64,000 bases of DNA from a virus (Duplodnaviria; Heunggongvirae; Uroviricota; Caudoviricetes). The notes below the pieces were generated by a model. The model saw only the letters and a list, made by a program, of their open reading frames with translations, was not told the DNA's origin and did no database searches. The stretch lies in IMG/VR virus record IMGVR_UViG_3300035210_000151. One strand, written 5' to 3'. Positions 9,958 through 20,570 of the stretch are shown here, piece after piece (the first letter of the stretch is position 1; each line of letters starts with the position of its first letter). Both the position numbers and the translations under genes were made by a program.

Positions 9958-10131
9958 GAAAAAATCCTCTATTAATAGCATTTGATTATAGCATAACGTC
10001 TATTTTTTCGCAACAAAAAGCAATCCCGATATCTTCTTTATACCTATATTTATGTTTATTTATACAATCAATTTTGTTTGTTTAATTCTTAAAAAATGCT
10101 ACACTACTATTAATAATAATAAGTAAAACTA

Positions 10132-11076
10132 ATGATAGAACAAAAATTATTCAAATGGATTGGCGGTAAAAAGTGGTTATCAGACAACTTGAACTCTGTA
10201 TTTGGCGAAGCTCTTGCTAACAAACAAATAGATACCTATATAGAACCTTTTGCGGGTGGTCTAGGTTCATTCCTCTATACACTTGATACACTTAAACAAG
10301 GTGGCATTCAAAAAGCTATTCTGAATGATGTTAATTCGAATATCATTAATCTCTATTCCAAAATACAAAAAGAAGATAATTTGAAACCTTTCTTTAACTT
10401 GTATTGGAAGTTAGAAAAGGATTATCAATCCCAAGTCACTAAGGGAGCCAGAGATCTTCACTACATAAAAGACAAAGATGCCTTGAAAACGGAACTACTT
10501 CCAGCTAAGGTGTTTTTTGAAGGTGTTCGTAGAGATTACAATACCTTGAAAGGTTCCGATGGTTTACAACGTACTGTTATGTTTCTATTTCTTATGAAGC
10601 ATTCTTTTAATGGTCTTTACAGGGAGAATAGCAAAGGTGACTGTAATTCACCATTCAACTGGAAACAAGGCGTATTTGATAAAGATAAGACGTTCAGCAC
10701 CTTCCAAACCTATAACAAGGTGTTCAATTCATTCAACATCTCTTTTGAGAATAAAGATGTGTTCCAACTCATTGAAGAACATAAGGCTAATAAAGCCAGT
10801 TCACTCTTCTATTTTGATCCACCTTACCTTAACGAAGGTACAACGGGTGAGAACAAGTATGATAAAGACCACTTCACCCGTGACCATCAAGTGAGATTAT
10901 TAGAAGTTTACAAGAATTTGGACAATGTGGTTTTCAGTAACCATTATTTGGAGTTATTTAAAGACTTCTGTAAAGATGAAGGTTTTGAGTATCAAGAGAT
11001 TCTTCGAAACAACGTGATGAACCCAAAATCTACTGAAAACACTAAAATATCAGAAATTCTCGCAGCAAAATTCTAA
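10132..11076 (+). CDS. dam: Dam/D12-class DNA adenine methyltransferase (orphan)
   Basis: FKWIGGKK, YIEPFAGG (motif I), FNGLYRENSKG, FDPPY (motif IV). Confidence 0.9.
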   Translation: MIEQKLFKWIGGKKWLSDNLNSVFGEALANKQIDTYIEPFAGGLGSFLYTLDTLKQGGIQKAILNDVNSNIINLYSKIQKEDNLKPFFNLYWKLEKDYQSQVTKGARDLHYIKDKDALKTELLPAKVFFEGVRRDYNTLKGSDGLQRTVMFLFLMKHSFNGLYRENSKGDCNSPFNWKQGVFDKDKTFSTFQTYNKVFNSFNISFENKDVFQLIEEHKANKASSLFYFDPPYLNEGTTGENKYDKDHFTRDHQVRLLEVYKNLDNVVFSNHYLELFKDFCKDEGFEYQEILRNNVMNPKSTENTKISEILAAKF

Positions 11077-11081
11077 ACATC

Positions 11082-11110
11082 TTGTCATCTTCTTAATATT
11101 TTGCTATAAT
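11082..11110 (+). promoter_or_regulatory. sigma70-type promoter
   Basis: TTGTCA-17-TATAAT with TG extension. Confidence 0.7.
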
Positions 11111-11136
11111 CGGCATTATATTTTGAGGATGATATT

Positions 11137-11841
11137 ATGATTTCAGTTGAGGGCTGGGTAGAGCGTAAAGATAAACGCATTGAATTTTTCAATAACAATC
11201 GTAAAGTCATTTCAGCTATGGTTCAAAAAGCTCATCGTGTAAATTTAATGCCAGAAGCTATCACCCTTGCCAGCAATCATGACATTTTTGGGGGCAGTTT
11301 CTTTTCTGATGCCGTTTTCAATAGTTGTGCCTATATTGCTAAAGTCAGTAAAGATGAATTAGCTTTTTACAGAACGATTTACAAACATTCCCAACACAGC
11401 AATAATAAATGTTCGTCTCCACTAAAAATTGAAACAACTCTGAAAAACGAGTATTTTCGTCAATATTGTGACCGTGTGCTGGCGGTATTTTCAACGTTTT
11501 ATGAAGAAGTGAATATCGTTTGGATTACTTCAGGTGAAATTGAAGGTGATGTCACTAGTTTTTTTAGCAAATTTGTTACACCAAGCTATAAGATTAATGA
11601 CAACTATCTCAAATTTGTGGGTGAACGACCACGCTATAAAAAATTTGATAATGTTCCTGATTTCCTTAACATTAATGAATTTAATTTCATGAACAACGAT
11701 TCTGATTATTTCATGAATACTTTTTTTGATAGATTTAACACCCGAATTATCCCTGATGAACCTGATCTTAAATTAAATAAGGATATGGATTTACAGACAT
11801 TGAAAGATAGGTTGACGCTTATTTCTATGGTAATGATTTGA
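11137..11841 (+). CDS. hypothetical protein, MxxI C-terminal motif; paralog of 11861-12547
   Basis: Ends LTLISMVMI; shared ELxFxRxxYxHS and FYExVxIVWI. Confidence 0.8.
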   Translation: MISVEGWVERKDKRIEFFNNNRKVISAMVQKAHRVNLMPEAITLASNHDIFGGSFFSDAVFNSCAYIAKVSKDELAFYRTIYKHSQHSNNKCSSPLKIETTLKNEYFRQYCDRVLAVFSTFYEEVNIVWITSGEIEGDVTSFFSKFVTPSYKINDNYLKFVGERPRYKKFDNVPDFLNINEFNFMNNDSDYFMNTFFDRFNTRIIPDEPDLKLNKDMDLQTLKDRLTLISMVMI

Positions 11842-11860
11842 ATCATTATTAGGAGGTTAT

Positions 11861-12547
11861 ATGTTTATGCTTGATGGTTATACAGAAGAAGCTGATACTG
11901 ATGAGCGTTTTAGGTTTCTTTATAATGAATCCAATCTTAACTTGATTACTCATTTTATTGAGAACGCACATAACATTCAATTACCCCGTGATGGCATTGT
12001 TATTGATGAAAATGATGATATTTTAGCTATTGATTACTTTGATAACAGAACTTTTAATAATCATGTCACTGTTGCTAATGTTAGTCCACGAGAACTTTCA
12101 TTTTTTAGATCTGTTTATCGACATTCAATATCACAAGAAAAAATCAGTATTGACTATAAACCTAAATACTTTTCAGAATATTATGAAAGAATAATTGCTG
12201 TTTATTCTAACTTTTATGAAGATGTTGAAATTGTGTGGATTAGCAATGGTCAAATTGAAAATAATACTAATAATGATGTAATGCCAACCTATAATATTCA
12301 AGATAACATTTTAAAAATTATTGGTATTAATCCACGCTATAGTGTATTTAAAGATATTCCTTATTTTATTCAAATGAATGAAATCAATTTTAATAATAAA
12401 AGTGGATCGGATAACTTTTTGGATCTTTTCTTTGAACGCATTAATCAACACGTAATACCAAAAAATGTTGATATTGAACTTCATAGATTAACTGACATTG
12501 ATACATTGAACGAGCAGCTTGTTCTTATTTGTATGTGTATTGTTTAA
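11861..12547 (+). CDS. hypothetical protein, MxxI-type C-terminal motif
   Basis: Ends LVLICMCIV; RBS AGGAGG. Confidence 0.8.
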   Translation: MFMLDGYTEEADTDERFRFLYNESNLNLITHFIENAHNIQLPRDGIVIDENDDILAIDYFDNRTFNNHVTVANVSPRELSFFRSVYRHSISQEKISIDYKPKYFSEYYERIIAVYSNFYEDVEIVWISNGQIENNTNNDVMPTYNIQDNILKIIGINPRYSVFKDIPYFIQMNEINFNNKSGSDNFLDLFFERINQHVIPKNVDIELHRLTDIDTLNEQLVLICMCIV

Positions 12548-12629
12548 TATTAAAATATAATTTTCTTTTAATAAATTGACTTATTTTATTGTTGATGTAA
12601 GATGCTCATACAAAAAAATGGAGATTATA

Positions 12630-13268
12630 ATGAAAATTAAATTAGGTAGCATTGCTAAAGTAGTTTATCCACTTATTTTAGGCTGGTCTATTTTCTTTTT
12701 GTGGCGAGTTTCAACTATTGAACAAATAGTTAAACCTATGTATTGGCCTTTTTTGATTGGTATCATTTTAAGTCTTTCTATTCTTATTGGTTTTTTCTTT
12801 TTTGGTGGATTATTTGCTGTTGATTCTCGGAAAGACAAACTAAAATACCTTTCATTACTTGCCATTTCTTTTGGAGCATCAAGCATAGCTCTTATTCAGT
12901 ATACAGATAATTCAATATATGAAGGCAGGTATGCTAATTTGGAAGATTCGATTCACTATTTTAATAAAAACAAAAATTATCTAACCAGTAAGCCATATGC
13001 TGAATTTTTGCAGGCAAAAGAATCATTAGACGTTACTAAATTAAAAGAATACACAAAAAGTATTGATAACCTTATCAGCATCGACAAAAACCTTTCAATG
13101 ACACTGGTGCTAGTCAAAGAAACTGTAACTAGTTTCAATATTAACTATAAATTTAATGAAATCAATTCAGATAACTTTGTTTCAAAAACTGAATACAATG
13201 CATTTAGAGATTATATTTTAGAACACTCAAAAGGAAATGAACGAGTCGCTTTGGTAATGGCTCATTAA
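12630..13268 (+). CDS. membrane protein (3 N-terminal TM)
   Basis: GGAG RBS; three hydrophobic segments then soluble domain. Confidence 0.75.
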   Translation: MKIKLGSIAKVVYPLILGWSIFFLWRVSTIEQIVKPMYWPFLIGIILSLSILIGFFFFGGLFAVDSRKDKLKYLSLLAISFGASSIALIQYTDNSIYEGRYANLEDSIHYFNKNKNYLTSKPYAEFLQAKESLDVTKLKEYTKSIDNLISIDKNLSMTLVLVKETVTSFNINYKFNEINSDNFVSKTEYNAFRDYILEHSKGNERVALVMAH

Positions 13269-13378
13269 AATCTTTCGATATTAAATAGAAGACTGTCTGA
13301 CAGTCTTTTTTATTTTCAGTGTCCTTGTTTAATTCAATAAATAGAGTATTATTTATAGATGTAATCATCGGAGCTTTA

Positions 13379-13828
13379 ATGTTTTTAATATTTGTTATTG
13401 CCATATTGATATGGTTGTCAACAATATGTGTTATCAATTTAAATCGTAACGTTGTCGCTATTAATGATAGACATTCTCACAAAGTATTGTTTAAACAAGA
13501 TAAGTTTTTTTTCAAATTGCCTTATCCTTTACAAATTGTTGAACAACGGATATCGCTGGATGTGATATCTATCAATAGGTATCTTCAAATAGGGGGTGTA
13601 GATTTTGATTTTAACTGTCAATATCAAATCGTAGATGCACAAGTAGCCTACTTTAAACTTGCCGATTTTGAAGAGTATTTTCTTGAATTGTTGACTAACT
13701 TCATTATTCAGTCATTTGAAAAGGAAATAGAGAGTAAAGACGATAAAGAGATATATGTTAGAGATAAATTAACAACGGCATTAGGCCGATATGGATTTAA
13801 TGTCATTCAGTTAACGTTTAAAAAATAA
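13379..13828 (+). CDS. SPFH/band-7-like membrane protein (short, divergent)
   Basis: N-terminal TM; FKLPYP, QYQIVD, YGFNV patterns typical of SPFH. Confidence 0.55.
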   Translation: MFLIFVIAILIWLSTICVINLNRNVVAINDRHSHKVLFKQDKFFFKLPYPLQIVEQRISLDVISINRYLQIGGVDFDFNCQYQIVDAQVAYFKLADFEEYFLELLTNFIIQSFEKEIESKDDKEIYVRDKLTTALGRYGFNVIQLTFKK

Positions 13829-13852
13829 AAAACCAGCACTAGCTGGTTTTTT
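13827..13852. terminator. bidirectional intrinsic terminator
   Basis: AAAAAACCAGC-ACTA-GCTGGTTTTTT between convergent genes. Confidence 0.75.
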
Positions 13853-14297
13853 CTTCTGTTTTGTAATGTGTCATGTCTTTCGGCTTAGCTTTTATTTTTT
13901 CTATCATTCCATCACTTTCAAGAATAATGTAATTAATTTTTTTTCTATAGTCTTTAATACTTGCCCTTATTGAAAAAAAGATTAGTGGAGTTAACACTAT
14001 GAATAAAAAATCTAAGGGTACTGATAACATAACCCCAAAATCCGCCGTTTTATTAATAATTGAATAATACAATTCTTTTAACGTAGCGTCTTCTAAAACC
14101 ACATTCAAGTTCATGGCGACGAAACCTAACAAGCCGAGCCAAATACCGAGTATGCACTTTGTATTATTAATTAGCACTTCATATTGCTCAATTAATTGTG
14201 TTCCTTTATAAAGATAGTTTTCGCCGTCATGTGTAGTGGCTTTGAAAACAGTTTCTTTATTTGGTATTTTTTTGTGTACATCTATTTTACTATACAT
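13839..14297 (-). CDS. membrane protein (2 TM)
   Basis: GAGG RBS; two hydrophobic segments. Confidence 0.7.
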   Translation of the reverse strand: MYSKIDVHKKIPNKETVFKATTHDGENYLYKGTQLIEQYEVLINNTKCILGIWLGLLGFVAMNLNVVLEDATLKELYYSIINKTADFGVMLSVPLDFLFIVLTPLIFFSIRASIKDYRKKINYIILESDGMIEKIKAKPKDMTHYKTEEKTS

Positions 14298-14307
14298 ATA
14301 TTTTTCC

Positions 14308-15141
14308 TCATGTTATGTTTAACGCCATTAATTCTTTCATTAAATCTTCCAGTGGAGCTAAATAAGTCCCAGAACCATTGAAACAGTTATATTCAACAAT
14401 CTCTATTGAACCGTTATTCAGCAATGCCAAATCCATCGTAAATACCTTATCAGGTTGATATGCTTTTGCAAGTTCAACAGCCATTTTTTGAACTTCTTCA
14501 GGAATATCTACTGAAGCATTTACTTCTTTATTAAGCATATAACGAGAACCTGTGACGACACGATCACTGACTACGAAGAAACGGTACTCAGAATGAATAT
14601 TCTTTACCTCAGCGATTAAGGTTGGTTCACTTTTCCAGTGAGGCATGTAACTACCCTTCATCAAGAAGTCATAGATAGTTGTTCCCACAGGAATAATGCC
14701 ACCAATGTAACCTTTTAAATCACTGGTAGGTTTGATAAATACTTCTCGATCAAATGTTCTATCCAAGTTATCAGCCAAATTAATGACATCACCAGAACCA
14801 TTCAGCAAGGGCAGTCCAAGGTTCTTGTAATACTTTTGGTCAAACTTGTCAGCATCTTCGTAAAAAAAGGCAGTTTGATAAGTGCTAGCATGTTTTTGAT
14901 ACAGTTCTTCACTGCCAAAATGTTCTGGTGTGAGTTCTTTACTCAACTTCAATGCTTTAATCGTAGCGAATGCAATGTAATCATTGTTCACAAAATTATC
15001 AGGCAAGTTGTCAATAAGATTCGTAGTGCTATAAATGGAATAGAAATGATATTCCGCACCTACATGCTTCAAGGCGTTCATATAGTTCATCAGTTGATGG
15101 TTTTGCATGGATAGTTGCATGATAAATTTGTTCATTTTCAA
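14308..15141 (-). CDS. ATP-grasp protein (R2K/DUF4343-like)
   Basis: VFIKP, EYRFFVV, FTMDLA, IVEYNCFNGSG motifs. Confidence 0.8.
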   Translation of the reverse strand: MKMNKFIMQLSMQNHQLMNYMNALKHVGAEYHFYSIYSTTNLIDNLPDNFVNNDYIAFATIKALKLSKELTPEHFGSEELYQKHASTYQTAFFYEDADKFDQKYYKNLGLPLLNGSGDVINLADNLDRTFDREVFIKPTSDLKGYIGGIIPVGTTIYDFLMKGSYMPHWKSEPTLIAEVKNIHSEYRFFVVSDRVVTGSRYMLNKEVNASVDIPEEVQKMAVELAKAYQPDKVFTMDLALLNNGSIEIVEYNCFNGSGTYLAPLEDLMKELMALNIT

Positions 15142-15245
15142 TACTCTTCTATAAGGTCTACTATTATACCTTATTTAGAAGAAAAATACTATACTTGACG
15201 ATTTTAATATTTCGTCTATTATGATTACTTAAAAAGGTGATTACA

Positions 15246-15755
15246 ATGTCAAACCATAATAACAAAGAATCATTTTCAGAAAAATTAAAACGATGGGAAG
15301 AAGAAAGAAAGTCGAGAGTAGAAAGAATCAACTCTCAAGACATTCCAAAATCTAGTCAAAAGGCTAGCATTATTATTCATGTTTTTTCTATTGCTGCCAT
15401 TTTCTTATTAGCTCAAACTAATATGAATAATAACTGGTTAGAATTATTTATGTGCTTTTACTTGACCGTAGCTCTGATCTGGATGGCTCACCATTATCGA
15501 GATAGAACGCATGTGCCGACTCAGAAAGCCACACGAGTGATTCTTTTAGCCACAGTGTTTGGTTTGGCACTTGGTTTTGGTACTTACTACACGCCTGTTG
15601 GGGAGTCGTTAGAAAGAAAACAATTCGATACATTTTTTGAAAATAATAAAGCATTAGTTGGTCAAGAATATTATGATATGTATATTAAAAACAAAGACAA
15701 TATAGACGAACTTAAAATATTAAGAAAACGAATACATGATGATTTAGCCATATAA
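15246..15755 (+). CDS. membrane protein (3 TM)
   Basis: AAGGTG RBS; three hydrophobic segments. Confidence 0.75.
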   Translation: MSNHNNKESFSEKLKRWEEERKSRVERINSQDIPKSSQKASIIIHVFSIAAIFLLAQTNMNNNWLELFMCFYLTVALIWMAHHYRDRTHVPTQKATRVILLATVFGLALGFGTYYTPVGESLERKQFDTFFENNKALVGQEYYDMYIKNKDNIDELKILRKRIHDDLAI

Positions 15756-15756
15756 C

Positions 15757-15783
15757 AAAAAAAGCCTATTGGATAGGCTTTTT
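15757..15783. terminator. bidirectional intrinsic terminator
   Basis: AAAAAAAGCCTAT-TGG-ATAGGCTTTTT. Confidence 0.75.
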
Positions 15784-15800
15784 GTTTATCTTTATTTTAA

Positions 15801-16175
15801 TTAGAATTCAATTGCTGTTAGGTTTTCATAAGATTTTTCTAACATTGTTAAGGTAATAACCTTAGAACTATCAGAAGGATCTTTATAAATAATGGCTAGA
15901 TCTGAATGACCACCACCATCATAATAAAAACCCTCTCCGTTTTCAACCAGTGGATAATCAAACAAATAAGCAGTCACCAGTTTAATTTGATCATCTCGCA
16001 AGATGCGATCACTTACCACTTTTTTAACCATATTACTGGCTTTGTAGTTCAGTTGTTTTCCATCAATAAGCATTTCACTTGAGTGCTTAACAAATTCAAC
16101 GTTATCTAATGTGCTCAATAGCTTGCCTGACTTGCTGAAGATGAACAGCGAACCAAAATCATTTTTAATACTCAT
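15801..16175 (-). CDS. hypothetical protein
   Basis: GGAG RBS before ATG at 16175 (MSIKND). Confidence 0.7.
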   Translation of the reverse strand: MSIKNDFGSLFIFSKSGKLLSTLDNVEFVKHSSEMLIDGKQLNYKASNMVKKVVSDRILRDDQIKLVTAYLFDYPLVENGEGFYYDGGGHSDLAIIYKDPSDSSKVITLTMLEKSYENLTAIEF

Positions 16176-16309
16176 TATTATATCTCCATAGCATAATTGA
16201 CATCGAGTATACACAAAAATGTCTTTGTAGTCAAAGGATATCAAAGCATAAACACATTGACACGGTTTTGTTTTCTTGATAATCTAGTGAGCGGTATTAA
16301 GGAGAGACG

Positions 16310-16528
16310 ATGAAGAAAATAAAGATTTACGACGACTGTGGTCGAAATTCAGATTACACCTGTACAGCTATCTATGAAGATGACTTCATCATCTTGGCTC
16401 TTATTGACGAAGTGGAGGCGGATGGCTATTTAACCGAAGCTGAACGTAGGGTTGTTATTAACAAAGAAAATAGACAAGTTCTTTTCTACAATAACCAATT
16501 CTATTATATGGAAAAAGAAAGCACATAA
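16310..16528 (+). CDS. small hypothetical protein
   Basis: TTGACA promoter and AAGGAG RBS. Confidence 0.7.
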   Translation: MKKIKIYDDCGRNSDYTCTAIYEDDFIILALIDEVEADGYLTEAERRVVINKENRQVLFYNNQFYYMEKEST

Positions 16529-16547
16529 ATTAACCAGAGGATACATC

Positions 16548-17240
16548 ATGATTAAACAAATTATAGCAATGGCCGCAATAACACTTTTAGCTGGATGTTC
16601 CTTTTATCCTGTATCAAAAGAAACTAAAACATCCGTCACTGATATTGTGCCTATTTATGGGGAATATAAGCCTGTTACTTATTCACAAACGATTATCGAA
16701 GAACTTGTTGATGCCGATAAGAACGTTAACCATGTACCAGTTAATGTTATGAGTGGAGCAACGTACTGGAAGGAGGGTTATTATGTTGTTCCTAATATTT
16801 TCGTTGATGAAAAAAAATCGTGTGTTGATTGTCTCGTTACCTTTGTGAAAGCTGAAAATATTGATCGGAAACAAGGCATTACTGATAGCAAAATTGAATG
16901 GCGAGAACGACAAGATGGGGAATATACGTTCAGTGGCTGGATTGGTAGAAATGGTGTGACATATTATTCTTATATTATTGATATGGCTCAACCTGTAACG
17001 GGTGCTAAATTTGTTCAAAACCGCAATACTGTCATTGATCCTATGACTAGAACAATTCATGTGGGCAGTGTAACACCTGCTGGTATTATGGCTGGTGCTC
17101 CTTTGTTTTCAGTCGATCAGAAGATTATTGGCATGACAATGACGTTCGACAACCTTACGATTGACTCAAAAAATACAGTATATATTTCAAAATCGGAAAT
17201 TGAAAAAGATTGGGCTATATTCCAAAAAAGCATTAAATAA
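16548..17240 (+). CDS. lipoprotein with degenerate trypsin-like protease motif
   Basis: Lipobox LLAGC; GIMAGAPLFSVDQKIIGM resembles GxSGxPL but lacks the Ser. Confidence 0.6.
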   Translation: MIKQIIAMAAITLLAGCSFYPVSKETKTSVTDIVPIYGEYKPVTYSQTIIEELVDADKNVNHVPVNVMSGATYWKEGYYVVPNIFVDEKKSCVDCLVTFVKAENIDRKQGITDSKIEWRERQDGEYTFSGWIGRNGVTYYSYIIDMAQPVTGAKFVQNRNTVIDPMTRTIHVGSVTPAGIMAGAPLFSVDQKIIGMTMTFDNLTIDSKNTVYISKSEIEKDWAIFQKSIK

Positions 17241-17340
17241 AAAATAAAGCTATCACAATAACGCTGTTTATCTTGTATAAATGGCGTTTTTTGTGTATAA
17301 TAGGTTCTATTATTTAATTAATTTACATTGGAGTATCTAC

Positions 17341-18042
17341 ATGACTGACTATCGTAACGCTGAAACGCTTGAAGAGTTAACGATTTTGAAAGAAAATTTC
17401 AAACTAGCCACGGTAGAAGAACGTGATATGTTTACCCGTTATCTTGATCAAACTCTACCTGCAGAAGAATTTATTAGTAATGGTGGTTTTGAACTCTTTG
17501 TAAGGCTTGGCTACTTTATTCCTAATGTTCCTAGTATTAATGCTATCATTGGTTCTTATGAAGATTTTGGCATTAAAGCTGAGCCGTTGAAAGGAACAAG
17601 CTGGCATACGCCTACAATGGTTGCTATTAACCATGATGGTGTTCAATATGGCCTTGATGAACGAGGAAAATATTTTCTTGATAATGACAAGAAAACGATT
17701 GAAAATACTATTTATCAATTTCAATTAATCAGTACTCACTATCATCAGCGTGTGAAAGAAGTGTATGATTATTTGAAAACCAAGACTAGTGATGATATTT
17801 GGGCGATGGTGAGTGGTGGGCAAGTATTTTTTGGTCACAAGGATGGTTATATTGCTATCCTTTACTTTGATTCTGGTGATTATGTCAAACTAGGTGTTCA
17901 AGATGATAAAAAGGCATTAAAAATTAGCACGAAAAAATATACGTTGGCGGTACAGTTTTCTAAAAACAACCATTATTTTCATAAACACACTCTTAAAAAT
18001 TTTAAAATTCAAAAAAGTGATTGTGAAAAAAATAAATATTAA
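17341..18042 (+). CDS. hypothetical protein
   Basis: GGAG RBS before ATG at 17341. Confidence 0.75.
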   Translation: MTDYRNAETLEELTILKENFKLATVEERDMFTRYLDQTLPAEEFISNGGFELFVRLGYFIPNVPSINAIIGSYEDFGIKAEPLKGTSWHTPTMVAINHDGVQYGLDERGKYFLDNDKKTIENTIYQFQLISTHYHQRVKEVYDYLKTKTSDDIWAMVSGGQVFFGHKDGYIAILYFDSGDYVKLGVQDDKKALKISTKKYTLAVQFSKNNHYFHKHTLKNFKIQKSDCEKNKY

Positions 18043-18061
18043 TTAAAGAAAGGTTTTTAAT

Positions 18062-18616
18062 ATGAATAAATACGAACCAGAAAAAAAAGAACTTGATATA
18101 TCATCCACAGCGTTATATTGCGGATTAGCAGTAATCTTGGTATTTGCTGTATTAGGCGGATTAATGTTCTTCCATCTTGAAGTCTTTAATTTTATTGGCA
18201 TGGTTATTGTTGGTTTTTGTTCTGGTATTGCTGCTTTTATTGGTTTTGTTTTTCAAGTAACGAAACCACTTAATGAAAGCGTTGGTGCTTATCTTTGCTA
18301 TCTATTGTTAGCTATTTCTATGTGGGCCTACTGTGTTCATCATAAGATATATGATTGGTTCGAGGCTTCAAAGAAAAGATGGCTACTGACACATCGCTTA
18401 TTCTATGTTTTATTCCTTATTTCAACAATTTTTGTTATTTATTTTCACTTCTCAATACGAAGTGATAGTTACACGCCAACTTATCTAATGCTATTCTTTT
18501 TTGCTAGTATTTGTTTTAAGATATATGTTGTTTGTCAACAAAGCGATCATAGACCTAGTTCATTTGAAATAGAACACACAGAATACATGAAAAAAAGAGT
18601 TCGAGGCGAACAATAA
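18062..18616 (+). CDS. polytopic membrane protein (about 5 TM)
   Basis: Multiple hydrophobic segments. Confidence 0.75.
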   Translation: MNKYEPEKKELDISSTALYCGLAVILVFAVLGGLMFFHLEVFNFIGMVIVGFCSGIAAFIGFVFQVTKPLNESVGAYLCYLLLAISMWAYCVHHKIYDWFEASKKRWLLTHRLFYVLFLISTIFVIYFHFSIRSDSYTPTYLMLFFFASICFKIYVVCQQSDHRPSSFEIEHTEYMKKRVRGEQ

Positions 18617-18628
18617 ATTTAGCCTATT

Positions 18629-18655
18629 AAAAAACTACTTCGGTAGTTTTTTTTT
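18629..18655 (+). terminator. intrinsic terminator (UUCG loop)
   Basis: AAAAAACTAC-TTCG-GTAGTTTTTTTTT. Confidence 0.8.
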
Positions 18656-18723
18656 GTTTCATCCTATTTGACAAGTTATATTCAAAATGTTATTTTGTCC
18701 TTAATTTAATATATAAAAATAAT

Positions 18724-20166
18724 ATGATTAAGCGAAAAAGTAAAAGTATCGAAACTGAACATAAAATAAACCTTCATCGTCATTTCACAATGAGTGAATA
18801 CCTTGCCCTACACAATACTGAGGATTACAACATTGTTGACTGCAATAGTCTTGAAGTTAACAGAGAATCTTTAGTCAGTTTTATTGACGATTACTTATTA
18901 AAAAAATATACTCAAGTCATTGATAATAAATTAGCCATAGCTTATGGTGTGGATAAAAAATATTCTTATTTTGATTTGTTTGAATATGTTCTTAATGTCA
19001 ATAAGCTTGTCCATCATTCAAAGATTTATTTCATTAAAGAACTAGGTTTTAGAGAGCTTTATTATGCTTTAAAGAACTTTAATGAAGTCTCTACTTACAA
19101 AGAGGGGATGTTTTTTGAATTGGGCTACAAAATTCATAAAGGTTTGATTAAATATAATGAAGTTTACAAAAACATTCAAGAGATTGTTATTCAAGAAGCT
19201 CAGTTAAGACGGGACAATAAAGTATTGCTTTCCACAATGACCATTCCAGACATGAATGAAGCAGAGATTGAGGCTGTGTCTAATCGTTCGCTACCGATTG
19301 TCCTCCCTGATTTAAATAATACCTATAACGACCATTTAAACTATCTTAATGATGACACAAAGAAAAAGTCTCTTCAATCATCAAAGATTCTTCATGCTAA
19401 TTCAAAATTGAAGTCTACTATTCTTGGATATAAAGAGAAAAAAGGCTTCTTTGGCAACGACACCAGCTATCTGGTTGAGAAGGCTCCCTTCACTGGTTTT
19501 ATGTATGGCAGTCATTATCATAGTAGCGGATACTTTCAAAACTTTATGTATCAATCCATTTTTAACAAAAAAGGATTTATCTATTTTAATTTTGGATCAA
19601 CTGGTATGGAAACCTATATTAATCATTATGCGTATACCTTTAACGTCATAGATGAAGTTGTTTATGTGTATCATGGCACCCAAGAATTTTATGACCTTGA
19701 TTTAAATGCAATGATTAGAAATAATAAAATCGTGGTTATTCAATTTCCTAATACTGAGCGTGTTTCTGATAAACTTGTCTTGGAAGGTTACAAGGATTTC
19801 GACAATTTAATTTCAAGCATTACTATTGATAGTTCTTCTGATTATCCTTATTCTATCTTTCTAGGATTCCCAGACAGATATCCTAAAAACTTTTATGATA
19901 GTTTAGATAAATTATCAGATCTAAAAAATCTTGGTTATAGCAGCCTTGTCGTTATAAATCATGTTGATAACGATCCTTTATTAGTGGCTTCTTTTGATTA
20001 TATATTCCTATTGAGAGTTAACGAACCCTCTAAGTTCTTAATGGCTTTATTAAATGGGCAGAAATTTAGCGTAAGGGATGTTGTTAGCATGGAAGATGAC
20101 CATTTTTATTTTTATGCTAATGGCACAACAGATGGTCAATATTATACAGGGCTTCGTTTTCTTTAA
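18724..20166 (+). CDS. degenerate DotL/IcmO/TrbC-like coupling-protein ATPase homolog; paralog of 41037-42578
   Basis: GFIYF, MIRNNKIVVIQFP, IFLLRVNEP, FSVRDVVSMEDDHFYFY follow DotL motif order; no intact Walker A/B. Confidence 0.55.
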   Translation: MIKRKSKSIETEHKINLHRHFTMSEYLALHNTEDYNIVDCNSLEVNRESLVSFIDDYLLKKYTQVIDNKLAIAYGVDKKYSYFDLFEYVLNVNKLVHHSKIYFIKELGFRELYYALKNFNEVSTYKEGMFFELGYKIHKGLIKYNEVYKNIQEIVIQEAQLRRDNKVLLSTMTIPDMNEAEIEAVSNRSLPIVLPDLNNTYNDHLNYLNDDTKKKSLQSSKILHANSKLKSTILGYKEKKGFFGNDTSYLVEKAPFTGFMYGSHYHSSGYFQNFMYQSIFNKKGFIYFNFGSTGMETYINHYAYTFNVIDEVVYVYHGTQEFYDLDLNAMIRNNKIVVIQFPNTERVSDKLVLEGYKDFDNLISSITIDSSSDYPYSIFLGFPDRYPKNFYDSLDKLSDLKNLGYSSLVVINHVDNDPLLVASFDYIFLLRVNEPSKFLMALLNGQKFSVRDVVSMEDDHFYFYANGTTDGQYYTGLRFL

Positions 20167-20226
20167 AATGGGTTTACATTCTAATGGCATTTTAGTATAC
20201 TAGGTTATTCACTAGGAGAAATTAAT

Positions 20227-20523
20227 TTGAAAACTAAAAAGAATCTGTTCGCAGCAGTTGTTATTGGCATGGCGTTGATGGTTCCTGTTGTGGCACAGGC
20301 TGATATTGCTACCACCTTGGCTATTCACGCTGCAAAATCATATGCAGAAAAAGCTATTCAAGATCCTGTTATGCAGTCACAAATTATTGAAAAAATTAAA
20401 AATGATCCGGGTCTGAAAGATCGCCTTGTTGCGGGAATTAAGAATGTTATTGCTGATCCTAAATATGCCGCACACCGAGAAAAAGCGATTGCATTTCTTT
20501 CTAATGTTCAGCAAACAAAATAA
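20227..20523 (+). CDS. small exported protein
   Basis: TTG start, AGGAG RBS; signal peptide ending AQA. Confidence 0.75.
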   Translation: MKTKKNLFAAVVIGMALMVPVVAQADIATTLAIHAAKSYAEKAIQDPVMQSQIIEKIKNDPGLKDRLVAGIKNVIADPKYAAHREKAIAFLSNVQQTK

Positions 20524-20570
20524 TTCAGTAAATTAATAGGAAGCTTATTCAATCAAGCTTCCTAATTTTT

